Source of the DNA: Candidatus Omnitrophota bacterium
GTDB lineage: Bacteria > Omnitrophota > Gorgyraeia > Zapsychrales > Fredricksoniimonadaceae
NCBI GenBank assembly: GCA_903908245.1
Contig: CAIVRE010000014.1
Coordinates: forward strand, 31,963 to 95,962
Direction of reading: 5' to 3'
Length of the DNA stretch: 64,000 nucleotides
The notes under the pieces are model-generated. The model did not search any database. It saw only the letters and a program-made list of their open reading frames with translations, and was not told where the DNA came from. This document shows, in pieces, positions 55,826-64,000 of the stretch (position 1 is its first letter; each line of letters begins with the position of its first letter). Both the position numbers and the translations under genes were made by a program.

Positions 55826-56944
55826 TCATTTCTCACCCCAGCTGTTGGGGACCGGCGTAAAGCCGGATCCCGCCGTATCGCCTGCGTAGATCTGCGCGAT
55901 CTCGATCGAAGACAAAGCCCTGTTGTAAAGACGGACATCGTCCATTGTCCCGGAAAAATACAAATTATTATCCCGCATATTCGAACCTATGACCAGAGCG
56001 TAATTCCCGTTGTAACTGACATCCTTGGCGGCCGTTGATGTCCCATCCGCAAGGCCATCCAGATAATATTTCCCGCCCGTGCCTCCGCTTTTCACAAAAC
56101 ACACATGATGCCATGCCCCGTCATTCACGCCGGTATTGCTTCCCGCGCCGGCCGGAAACCCATAGCCGCTGTCCCAGTCCCAGAAAACCATCTTGTGATT
56201 GGAGTAAACCTCCCAAACACACTCTCCGGCTATACTGGCGGCTGTACGCCCCAAAGACAGGATAAAACACTCCCCGGCGCAAGCGGTCTTGATCCATGCA
56301 CAAACCGTCAGATTCGAACGGGGAGGATTATTAAATGTCGTCCTTGTCAAATAAGAGCTGCTCCCGTTAAAACTTAACGCCCCGACGCCGACCTTCCCCG
56401 CTGTCCAGGCCGGATCATTAACATACGTCCCCGTATTCCCCCTGCCGCTGGAATCCGCCGCCGTTATGGGCATCGTTCCGGAAGCTGCGTCATCGAACTT
56501 CCACCAGCCTACGGGGCCCATTCTCACGCGCTGGTATACGACCCGGGTCATTTGATTGACGGTCGACCGACCGGTGATATAGATCGAGCTGTCGGGAGCG
56601 TAATCCTCCACCCACATCGTATAACTGCCGCTGGTCAAATTTTCACTCCGTGGATCTGTTGGCCCCGCGCCGGCCGCCGCCGGATAAGCCGTCGTCCGCC
56701 ACGTCCCGTAAATACTCGCATCCGGCGCCGTGTTGAGCAGATACCACATCGCCTTGTTCACCCCCGCCTCCGCCAGATAGAACGCCTGGCTGCTGTTCAG
56801 CTGCCGGGCGGCGTTAAGCTGGGAATAGATCACCGTATTAATAAAGACCACCACAAAGACCACCAGCGCGAACATGAACATCATGGTCATCAAAAGAATA
56901 CTGCCGCGCCGGCCGCTGATCTTAAATATCGTCGATATTGTCAT
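55826..56944 (-). CDS. Minor pilin/pilus tip candidate: PilX_N-type N-terminal TM segment plus C-terminal LamG/concanavalin-like domain (start trimmed to MTISTIF)
   Basis: GRRGSILLMTMMFMFALVVFVVVF hydrophobic segment; C-terminal LamG_3 signature (...SGTMDDVRLYNRALSSIEIAQIY). Confidence 0.55.
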   Translation of the reverse strand: MTISTIFKISGRRGSILLMTMMFMFALVVFVVVFINTVIYSQLNAARQLNSSQAFYLAEAGVNKAMWYLLNTAPDASIYGTWRTTAYPAAAGAGPTDPRSENLTSGSYTMWVEDYAPDSSIYITGRSTVNQMTRVVYQRVRMGPVGWWKFDDAASGTMPITAADSSGRGNTGTYVNDPAWTAGKVGVGALSFNGSSSYLTRTTFNNPPRSNLTVCAWIKTACAGECFILSLGRTAASIAGECVWEVYSNHKMVFWDWDSGYGFPAGAGSNTGVNDGAWHHVCFVKSGGTGGKYYLDGLADGTSTAAKDVSYNGNYALVIGSNMRDNNLYFSGTMDDVRLYNRALSSIEIAQIYAGDTAGSGFTPVPNSWGEK

Positions 56945-56957
56945 TGGAAAAGAGCTG

Positions 56958-57434
56958 TCACAGGTTCCTTGGCCTGACCTTGCTGCGCACATGCACAACA
57001 GACCCCGCATTATCGGCGGAAAGGTCGATCGTGATCACGTTCCCGCTTTGACTGAACACCGTCGTGGCCGAAGGCTGTATCCTCGCTGCAATGGTGCCCC
57101 CGGTATCCGCAGGGTCCGCTGCCAGCCCTTTCAACAAACGATAAGAAATCGTGTTAAGAACAAAACGGTATTCTTTCGCCCCTGCCCCATCGCCCAGGTC
57201 GGCCTTGAACGTCACTTTTTGCCCGCTTAAAGATGTGATCTCGGTAGCCCGGCGAAGCTGCTTGACCATCAATTCCATGGCCTGGGACAGCTCCATCCTC
57301 GTGGAAGCACGGCGGTCCCCGGCGTCCCAAGAGCTCAGGCAAGCCAGGTAAACGAACACAACCGTCCCTGCGAGGATCGCCATGACAGCCGAAGAAATAA
57401 GAAGTTCAACGAGCGTAAAAGCCGTCTTGTTCAT
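56958..57434 (-). CDS. Pseudopilin (prepilin-type N-terminal cleavage/methylation domain)
   Basis: MNKTAFTLVELLISSAVMAILAG N-terminus. Confidence 0.7.
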   Translation of the reverse strand: MNKTAFTLVELLISSAVMAILAGTVVFVYLACLSSWDAGDRRASTRMELSQAMELMVKQLRRATEITSLSGQKVTFKADLGDGAGAKEYRFVLNTISYRLLKGLAADPADTGGTIAARIQPSATTVFSQSGNVITIDLSADNAGSVVHVRSKVRPRNL

Positions 57435-57442
57435 CCTGATCC

Positions 57443-57823
57443 CTAAAGCGTCCGGTTGGCCAGCAATGTTTCCAGGCTCACTTGCTGGTCAACGCCTTTG
57501 AATTTCCAGTAGATGATGACCTTCACTTGTTTCGGGTCGCCGGAAACGGTGATCTGGCGATCGTACAGGGCAAACGGCGCGCCAATATTCACCCGCGCCA
57601 CTGCCGCAACAGAGCCCCAACCCGTATCTTTAAGTACCTCCATCTGCTCCTGCGCCAGCGCGGACGCAACAACCATGCCTTCCACGCTCTGATCAGTGCC
57701 CAGCGCCTGGGACATCGCCCCAACCGCCGAAAAAACACCCACCGCCAGCACAATACCGGCCAACATCAATTCCAGCAATGTGAACCCGCCGTTGCGGGCA
57801 CGGCCCTTACACCTCATGATCAA
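57443..57823 (-). CDS. PilV/GspI-like pseudopilin
   Basis: GGFTLLELMLAGIVLAVGVFS prepilin N-terminus; 126 aa. Confidence 0.65.
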   Translation of the reverse strand: MIMRCKGRARNGGFTLLELMLAGIVLAVGVFSAVGAMSQALGTDQSVEGMVVASALAQEQMEVLKDTGWGSVAAVARVNIGAPFALYDRQITVSGDPKQVKVIIYWKFKGVDQQVSLETLLANRTL

Positions 57824-57835
57824 CTCCCGCTAACA

Positions 57836-58291
57836 TCAGATACAGCCGGCAACAGTTCCGTTCGTAACACAAATGCCGCCGTTAAGATTACCCGTGACCG
57901 CGGCACCGCCATCAGTAAGCGCGCTGATCGTTGGCGCAGTACCAGGCCCGACGGATATAATGATATAATAAAGCCCGTCCGTAGACTTAAGATACTTGTA
58001 CTCGGTCCCGGTGGCGGCGAACGGATCATAGAGCGGAGCAGCCACGATCTTGGGATTCAAGGCATTGAGCGTGCTGGCACAGATCGTATTACTGCTCGCC
58101 GGATAAGCATTGCTGTTGTTGATATAATACGACACGATCGCGGTCTGAAGCGTCTTGAGCTCGGACTTGGCTTTCTGGATATTGGCCTGGTCCTGCATGC
58201 CTTTGATACGCGGAACAGCGATGCCGATCAGGATCGCGAGGACCGCGAGCACAACGAGAATTTCGAGGATCGTAAAACCTTTTTTATTCAT
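57836..58291 (-). CDS. GspG/PulG-like major pseudopilin
   Basis: KKGFTILEILVVLAVLAILIGIAVPRIKGMQDQ; about 65% identical to the 50166-50585 product over the N-terminal half. Confidence 0.8.
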   Translation of the reverse strand: MNKKGFTILEILVVLAVLAILIGIAVPRIKGMQDQANIQKAKSELKTLQTAIVSYYINNSNAYPASSNTICASTLNALNPKIVAAPLYDPFAATGTEYKYLKSTDGLYYIIISVGPGTAPTISALTDGGAAVTGNLNGGICVTNGTVAGCI

Positions 58292-58322
58292 ACTGTTTCT
58301 CCTTTTTGTTTTTTACCGTCTT

Positions 58323-59552
58323 TTATCGTTGAATTGTTTTAACAAGGTCGAACATCGGCAGAATGACCGACGCCAACATTGTTCCTACGCATATCCCCAA
58401 GAAAGAAATGAACACCGGCTCAATGAACACGATCGACTGCTTGATCGCGAACTCCACTTTCAACTCGTAAAAATCCGCGACTTTATTGAGCATTTCTCCT
58501 ATTCTACCACTTTTCTCCCCTACAGAGATCATATATACCACGTCTCTGGAAAATTCCTGATGCCCTTCAAGCGCCGTATAGATCCCTTCGCCCTTCTCGG
58601 CACTGGCGCGCACCTCGCGCACGATCCCGGCGAAGACCATATTCCCGATCACATCCTCGACGATATCCAGGGCCCTCAGGAGAGGCACTCCGGAGTTCAG
58701 CATGGAACCAAAGGTCCGGCTGAAACGCGCCACGAACATATTGCACATCAGAGGACCGACGATCGGAAGCTTCAAAAGGACACGATGCCAAAGCTTCTTG
58801 CCGAACTCGGTCCCCAGGAATTGCCGGACACCCAGGACGAGCGCCCCCAGGATCAAAAAGAACAACACCCAATAATGCTGAAGCCATATCCCCAGGCTGC
58901 ACATCAATTGAGTGGCCAGAGGCAGCTCCACCCCGGCCTTGCTGAAGATCTCCGCGAACTTCGGGATAACGAACGTCAGGATCAACAGGATGACACCCGT
59001 GCCGACAGTCATCAATATCACCGGATACGTAAGCGCGCCAACGACCTTCTGCCTCAGGTCTTCCTGCTTTTCCATATGCACCGCCAGCGTCTTTAACACC
59101 TGGCCCATGGTCCCGGAAGATTCCCCGACGCGCACCATGTTGATGAAGAACGGGGAAAAGACCCGGGGATGCCCCTCCAGCGCGTCCGACAAAGACGACC
59201 CTTCCGAAACCTGCAGGGCGATCTTCTGCACCACACTCCCGAAATAAAGATTCCCCAGTTGCCCGGCAATACTGTTAAGCGCCCCCAGCAGCGGGATACC
59301 CGCGCCGACCATGTTGGAAAGGTTGACGCAAAAAAGCATCAGCTCCGCGATCGTCACGCGCGTGACCCGAACGACAGCGGGCGCCACAGGAACAGTGACC
59401 GCACTGTGCACAAGCGCGACCTCGCCGACCTTGACCGGCGTATAGTCCCTCCGGTGCAGCTGCCTGATCGCATCCTGCTCGTTCTCGGCTTCCACCTCGC
59501 CCGTAACCAGGCCACCGGCATTATTCCTGGCTTTATAAGAAAACACGATCAT
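58323..59552 (-). CDS. GspF/PilC-family inner-membrane platform protein
   Basis: Two T2SSF repeats, 3 TM helices, 409 aa. Confidence 0.85.
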   Translation of the reverse strand: MIVFSYKARNNAGGLVTGEVEAENEQDAIRQLHRRDYTPVKVGEVALVHSAVTVPVAPAVVRVTRVTIAELMLFCVNLSNMVGAGIPLLGALNSIAGQLGNLYFGSVVQKIALQVSEGSSLSDALEGHPRVFSPFFINMVRVGESSGTMGQVLKTLAVHMEKQEDLRQKVVGALTYPVILMTVGTGVILLILTFVIPKFAEIFSKAGVELPLATQLMCSLGIWLQHYWVLFFLILGALVLGVRQFLGTEFGKKLWHRVLLKLPIVGPLMCNMFVARFSRTFGSMLNSGVPLLRALDIVEDVIGNMVFAGIVREVRASAEKGEGIYTALEGHQEFSRDVVYMISVGEKSGRIGEMLNKVADFYELKVEFAIKQSIVFIEPVFISFLGICVGTMLASVILPMFDLVKTIQR

Positions 59553-59571
59553 TCAAGACCCCTCGCCCTTT

Positions 59572-61191
59572 TTATTCCTGCTGGATCACCCGGTAGACCT
59601 CTTCTTTCTTCGTCAGGCCTTCCTCGGCCTTCTCCATGCCGTTATCACGCAGGCTCTGCATCCCGGCCGAAAGGGCCGCACGGTTGATCTCGTCGGCAGA
59701 TGCCTTGCGCAGGATCAGCTTGCGGATCTCTTCATCAAAAACCATCAGCTCATAGATCCCGGTACGCCCCTTATACCCCGTCATGGAACAATTCTTGCAA
59801 CCCTGGCCGGCGCAATCCCGGCAGTTGAGGCGCACCAGGCGCTGCGCCATAACACCAATGATCGAAGACACCAGAAGGAACGACTCAACGCCGATATCCA
59901 GAAGGCGGGTCACCGCCCCGGCCGCATTGTTGGTATGAAGCGTCGCGAGGACCAAATGGCCCGTCAGGGACGCCTGGATGGCGATCTGCGCGGTCTCCAC
60001 ATCACGGATCTCGCCGATCATGATCACGTCGGGATCCTGCCGGAGGATCGCGCGCAGGCCCCGGGAGAACGTCAGGTCGACCGCCGGATCCACCTGTGTC
60101 TGGCGAATACCCGGCAAACGGTATTCCACGGGGTCTTCAATGGTCACGATCGATTTCTCGGGCGAGTTGATCGTGCTCACCGAGGAATACAGCGTGGTCG
60201 TCTTGCCGCTGCCCGTCGGCCCGGTGACCAGGATGATCCCGCTGGTGCGGGTCAAAAGGGCCTTGAACTTGGTCAGGTTCTCCTTGTGCAGGCCGATCTG
60301 CTCCAGGCCCAGCAGAATGGCACTGGTGTCCAAAAGCCGCAAGACCGCGTTCTCTCCGTAAACTGTCGGCAAAAATGAAATACGGATATCCACGCGCCGG
60401 CTGTCAAGCTGCATCTGAATGCGCCCGTCCTGCGGCTTGCGGCGTTCGGCGATATCCAGGCTCGCCAGGATCTTGAGGCGCGAAATGATCGCCGCGCGGA
60501 ATTGCTTGGGAGGCAATGCCTGCGGATACAATATCCCGTCGATCCGGAAACGGATATTCAGGGAAAGCTCCTCCGGCTCGATATGGATATCCGACGCCCC
60601 GTCGTTAACAGCCTTGATGATCATCGTGTTAACGAATTTAACCAGCGGAGACTCCTCCACCGACCCCTGCAGCCGGTGGACCTCGACCTCGTCGCCTTCT
60701 CTTACCTCGCGCTTCTGGTCGTCAAGGGTCTTGATCGCTTCCTGGATCCCGCTGGGCATCGCATAAAACTCCCCCAGGGCCTTCTTAACCTCGTCTTCCG
60801 TGGCAATAGCCGGATCGATCACAAGCCCTGTCCGGACCGTCAATTCATCGATCGCATAAAGATCAAAAACATCGACCATGGCGCAGGTCAGGCTGCCGCC
60901 GATCTTGAAGACCGGGATCACCTGGTACTTGCGCGCCATCTCCTCGGGGACCAGGCGGATCACCTCGGGATCGATCTCAAGGTTCCCGATCTCGATGCGG
61001 GGGATATCCGTCTGCTCGGAAATAAAATCGGCAAGCTTGTCCTGCGTGATCAGGCCCAGCCGCGGCAGGACCTTGATCGCGGGGTCCCCGCTGCTCTTTT
61101 GCTCGATCTGGACGCTTTCCCACTGATGCTGGGAAATAAGGCCCTTCTCGAACGCCAGCTCCCCGACGGCTTTCTTGGAATATTTAGCCAT
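59572..61191 (-). CDS. GspE/PilB-family assembly ATPase
   Basis: N-terminal GspE_N/MshEN-like domain; Walker A GPTGSGKTTT; Asp/His boxes; tetracysteine CRDC...CKNC motif. Confidence 0.85.
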   Translation of the reverse strand: MAKYSKKAVGELAFEKGLISQHQWESVQIEQKSSGDPAIKVLPRLGLITQDKLADFISEQTDIPRIEIGNLEIDPEVIRLVPEEMARKYQVIPVFKIGGSLTCAMVDVFDLYAIDELTVRTGLVIDPAIATEDEVKKALGEFYAMPSGIQEAIKTLDDQKREVREGDEVEVHRLQGSVEESPLVKFVNTMIIKAVNDGASDIHIEPEELSLNIRFRIDGILYPQALPPKQFRAAIISRLKILASLDIAERRKPQDGRIQMQLDSRRVDIRISFLPTVYGENAVLRLLDTSAILLGLEQIGLHKENLTKFKALLTRTSGIILVTGPTGSGKTTTLYSSVSTINSPEKSIVTIEDPVEYRLPGIRQTQVDPAVDLTFSRGLRAILRQDPDVIMIGEIRDVETAQIAIQASLTGHLVLATLHTNNAAGAVTRLLDIGVESFLLVSSIIGVMAQRLVRLNCRDCAGQGCKNCSMTGYKGRTGIYELMVFDEEIRKLILRKASADEINRAALSAGMQSLRDNGMEKAEEGLTKKEEVYRVIQQE

Positions 61192-61207
61192 AGTCTGCTC
61201 TCGACGG

Positions 61208-61609
61208 TCACACGCGAACGATCAATTCCTCGACCTTGCGCATCAATTCCGGGATATTGATCGGTTTGTTGATAAAAGCATCCACCTTCACCTGGGCACT
61301 GAGCCTCTCATCTGCCGCGTCGGCACTGGCCGTGACCATGATCACGGGGATCCCGCGAAACCGCCTGTCCGCCTTGATCAGGGCGCACGTCTTCAGGCCA
61401 TCCATCTTGGGCATCATCCGGTCGAGGATGATCAGGTCCGGAAGGCTTTGCTTCACCGCCGCCAGCGCCTCCTGGCCGTTATAACACTTGGCCACCTCAA
61501 AACCGGCCGCATGAAGGCTGGCTTCCAGGAACCTCACGATCCCCGGATCGTCATCAACCACAAGGATCCTTTTCTTGGCTGTCTCTTCTGTCACGGTCAT
61601 TCCCCTCAA
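61208..61609 (-). CDS. Single-domain CheY-like response regulator embedded in the pilus cluster
   Basis: Receiver residues (VVDDD, ...D..MP.MDG, ...T...K); no output domain. Confidence 0.7.
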   Translation of the reverse strand: MRGMTVTEETAKKRILVVDDDPGIVRFLEASLHAAGFEVAKCYNGQEALAAVKQSLPDLIILDRMMPKMDGLKTCALIKADRRFRGIPVIMVTASADAADERLSAQVKVDAFINKPINIPELMRKVEELIVRV

Positions 61610-61621
61610 GCTTTCTGTTGT

Positions 61622-63265
61622 TCACGGGCCTTTGGCGGCCGCGTCCTTGCTCTTGCGGCCAACCACTTCCTGGCACGCGTTCACGAACATTTCCGTCGTA
61701 TCAATATAAGAGCTGTTCGGAAAATTCTCCCTCATCTTCGCAAGCGCCTCACCCGCCGCTTCGCACTTATGGAACCCTTTCACATAAAGGGCGGCCACTT
61801 TGTACAGACAAAAATCGCTTTTCCCCGAATTAGGGAAATGCTGCAGGATCGTTTTATACGTTTTGATCAGCTCGGAATACAGGTAAAGGTCATCCGCCGG
61901 TTTTTTAGAAACATCTTTTTCCAGGCTCGCCGCATATGTCAACAATCCCGAAAGCAGGTCCATGTCCGGTTCCAGGGACTTGGATTCCACATAAACCCCC
62001 GGCTGGGCCCCGGGCTTATCGAACACCATCGGCTGGGTCGAACGGATGATATGGGGCGTAATAAAGACGGTCAGCTCGGACGTCTGGTCTGTGTCCGCTC
62101 GCCGCTGAAAGAACCATCCCAGGACAGGGACATTCCTGATGCCTGGCACTCCGTTCCTCGAACGGTCCTCGTTCTTGCTGATAAGCCCGCCGATAATGAT
62201 CGTCTCGTTATCCTTGACCCGGACCGTGGCGTCCGCTTCGCGGGTGCCGATCAACGGCGCCCCGTCGGAACTGTAACCGGTCACGGTCGATACCTCCGGG
62301 TGGATCTTCATCGTTATCCACCCGTCGGGAGAGACCATGGGGGTCACCCTCAGGGACGTCCCGACCTCGACATACGAAGTCCCCGATGTATTGGTGATCC
62401 CGCCCGACGACCCAGAAATGCTCGTTTGCGTCGACTTGTACGGGACGCGGTCGCCGATGATGATCTTCGCTTCCTGGCCGGTGAGGGTCGCAATGGATGG
62501 CGATGCCAGCACGCGCGCTTTGTCGCTCTGCACCAGGGCGTCGATCGTCACATTCGCCGCAAGGTATTTCAGGTTCGGCGTTAACAGCAGCTGGCCGCCG
62601 TCCGTATCTTTCGCCGAGGAGCCCGTGTTGAACTCCGCGGACTGAAGGCTTCCGTGCGGAGGAGTGACCTTGCTGGTAATGGAGGTCCCGATCTTTTCCA
62701 CCTCCGCGGTCTTGATATCGACGATCCTTGCCTCAATAAGGACCTGCATCGGCGGAAGGTCGATCTCCTTGAGGAGGGCCTTGATCTCCCCGATGTTCTG
62801 CGGATAATCCCTGACGACCAGGCTGTTGGTCGCAATGATGGTCTGGATATCCCCCTTGCTCGAGATCGCCTTGCCTAAAAGTTCTTTGGCATCCTTGACG
62901 GCCAGATAACTCAACGGCAGCGATTCGGTCGCCAGTTCCGCTTCCGATTTGGACATGATATAAACGATCTTGTCCTTGCGATAGAACGCGTAACCATTAA
63001 CGTCGAGGAAGGCCGTCAACGCCTCATCGATGGAAATATTCTTGAGCTTGGCGGAGACTTTCCCCGAAACGCTCTTGGAAATGACGATATTGAAATCGTA
63101 GGAATACGCCAGGGCTTTGAGCACGGACGACAGGTTGGCATTGTTGTAATCCAGGCTGACAAGCTGCGGAGGCCCGGCAAGGACAGAACCACCGTCGGCC
63201 GAAAAGGGCATCTGCCATGGGCCGGCAAAAAAGATCATCAGGGAAATGAGGACGCGTTTTAACAA
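61622..63265 (-). CDS. Secretin (GspD/PilQ family)
   Basis: Signal peptide, N0/N1-like domains, C-terminal secretin domain with VPGIRNVPVLGWFF motif. Confidence 0.8.
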   Translation of the reverse strand: MLKRVLISLMIFFAGPWQMPFSADGGSVLAGPPQLVSLDYNNANLSSVLKALAYSYDFNIVISKSVSGKVSAKLKNISIDEALTAFLDVNGYAFYRKDKIVYIMSKSEAELATESLPLSYLAVKDAKELLGKAISSKGDIQTIIATNSLVVRDYPQNIGEIKALLKEIDLPPMQVLIEARIVDIKTAEVEKIGTSITSKVTPPHGSLQSAEFNTGSSAKDTDGGQLLLTPNLKYLAANVTIDALVQSDKARVLASPSIATLTGQEAKIIIGDRVPYKSTQTSISGSSGGITNTSGTSYVEVGTSLRVTPMVSPDGWITMKIHPEVSTVTGYSSDGAPLIGTREADATVRVKDNETIIIGGLISKNEDRSRNGVPGIRNVPVLGWFFQRRADTDQTSELTVFITPHIIRSTQPMVFDKPGAQPGVYVESKSLEPDMDLLSGLLTYAASLEKDVSKKPADDLYLYSELIKTYKTILQHFPNSGKSDFCLYKVAALYVKGFHKCEAAGEALAKMRENFPNSSYIDTTEMFVNACQEVVGRKSKDAAAKGP

Positions 63266-63430
63266 ACGGATCAGGGACCCTCTATCTTTTTAATAAGATC
63301 AATAAAATATTTTAAGCCTCCCGCGCATCAAGCGGAAAAGACGTAGAAAAAATTTACCTATTATAAGAATTATATTAAGCAATCCGGGGGCTTTAAACAA
63401 GACAAAACGAACAATTCTCCCCCCAATGCG

Positions 63431-63472
63431 AAAAAACAAAAAACCCGCTGCAAATGTTCCTTTTGCAACGGG
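63431..63472 (-). terminator. Rho-independent terminator of the corA-like gene, separating it from the pilus cluster
   Basis: cccgttgcaaa/tttgcagcggg stem (1 mismatch) followed by U6GU6 on the minus-strand RNA. Confidence 0.5.
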
Positions 63473-63505
63473 CTCACTCAAATCGTTCCCAAAAAATATC
63501 CCGGC

Positions 63506-64000
63506 TTAAAACCATTTCCGTTTTTTAAAGAATACAAGCATGCCAACCACGATCACCGCCATCAGGCCCAGGAGAGAAAAATACCCGTACCGCCAGCTCA
63601 ATTCCGGCATATTGTAAGGCGACGCCTCGGTCCTGAAATTCATGCCGTAAAGCCCGGCCAGGAACGTCAAAGGGATAAAGATCGTGGCAATGATCGTAAG
63701 CACCTTCATGACCTCGTTGAGCCGGTGGCTGAGGCTCGACAGGTACACATCAAGCATGCTGGCCGCTGTCTCCCGGAAGGCCTCGATGGTATCGACCGCC
63801 TGGATCACATGGTCGTGGATATCGCGGAAATACGCCAGGGACTCTGCCCGGATCAGCGCGGACTCGCTCTGGGTCACCGCCCGCACGACCTCCCTCAGCG
63901 GCCAGACGGATTTCCTTAAAAAAATAAGCTGCCTCTTGGTTTTATTGATCGCCTGCTGCACCTTGATGTCCGGATCAGCCAGCAGTTCTTCCTCGATCAG
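63506..64000 (-). CDS. corA: CorA-family Mg2+/Co2+ transporter, C-terminal part (gene continues beyond the window edge)
   Basis: YGMNF motif, two C-terminal TM helices, KKRKWF tail; ORF is open to the window end. Confidence 0.75.
   Translation of the reverse strand: MIEEELLADPDIKVQQAINKTKRQLIFLRKSVWPLREVVRAVTQSESALIRAESLAYFRDIHDHVIQAVDTIEAFRETAASMLDVYLSSLSHRLNEVMKVLTIIATIFIPLTFLAGLYGMNFRTEASPYNMPELSWRYGYFSLLGLMAVIVVGMLVFFKKRKWF

Noticed and set aside
57482-59096. Plus-strand ORFs 57482-58342 and 58155-59096
   Set aside because: They are antisense to the pseudopilin and GspF genes, with Arg/His-rich junk composition.
61175-62584. 469-aa plus-strand ORF
   Set aside because: It is antisense to the response regulator and secretin genes, Arg/His-rich, with no motifs.
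1-64000. Search for CRISPR arrays, tRNA/rRNA genes, integrases and transposases
   Set aside because: No direct-repeat/spacer arrays, cloverleaf-like 70-90 nt structures in intergenic gaps, rRNA-like sequence or recombinase/transposase motifs were seen. The only repeated elements are the palindromic element pair and the intragenic Cys-rich repeats.

Overview
This 64 kb window is about 58-60% GC, bacterial and densely coding, mostly on the minus strand. The anaerobe-type metabolism (FprA flavodiiron protein, 2-oxoacid:ferredoxin oxidoreductase, YgiQ radical SAM) and outer-membrane components (MipA, TamB-like, secretin) point to a diderm anaerobe. The phylum cannot be determined from sequence alone. 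The first ~47 kb holds housekeeping and accessory genes: pilT, a PhoH/PIN ATPase, a CDF transporter, fprA, a DEAD-box helicase, an NlpC/P60 hydrolase, two two-component systems, YgiQ, a dipeptide epimerase, NhaD, cspA, an ABC-F ATPase, an N-terminally truncated Rho-like ATPase, a MazEF-type toxin-antitoxin pair, a THUMP methyltransferase, radical SAM proteins, korAB, an alcohol dehydrogenase, an aldolase and a PilZ protein. The last ~16 kb (48.3-63.3 kb, minus strand) is one tightly packed type IV pilus / type II secretion-like cluster: secretin, single-domain response regulator, GspE/PilB ATPase, GspF/PilC platform, three pseudopilins, a PilX_N-LamG minor pilin, a PilM-PilN fusion, PilO and PilP. 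It runs directly into two large paralogous cysteine-rich secreted proteins built from Stig1-type C-x-D-x-x-x-D-x-N-N-C-G-x-C-G repeats, with an extra GspG-like pseudopilin and Spy/LTXXQ-like periplasmic proteins interleaved. That cluster is the most interesting candidate system in the window. Other notable items are a pilin-like protein fused through a ~90-residue Gly/Ser linker to an HExxH domain, a 30-bp-stem palindromic repeat present twice, a 19-codon ORF with its own promoter/SD/terminator, and a Rho homolog lacking the N-terminal RNA-binding domain. No rRNA, tRNA, CRISPR array or transposase was recognised.
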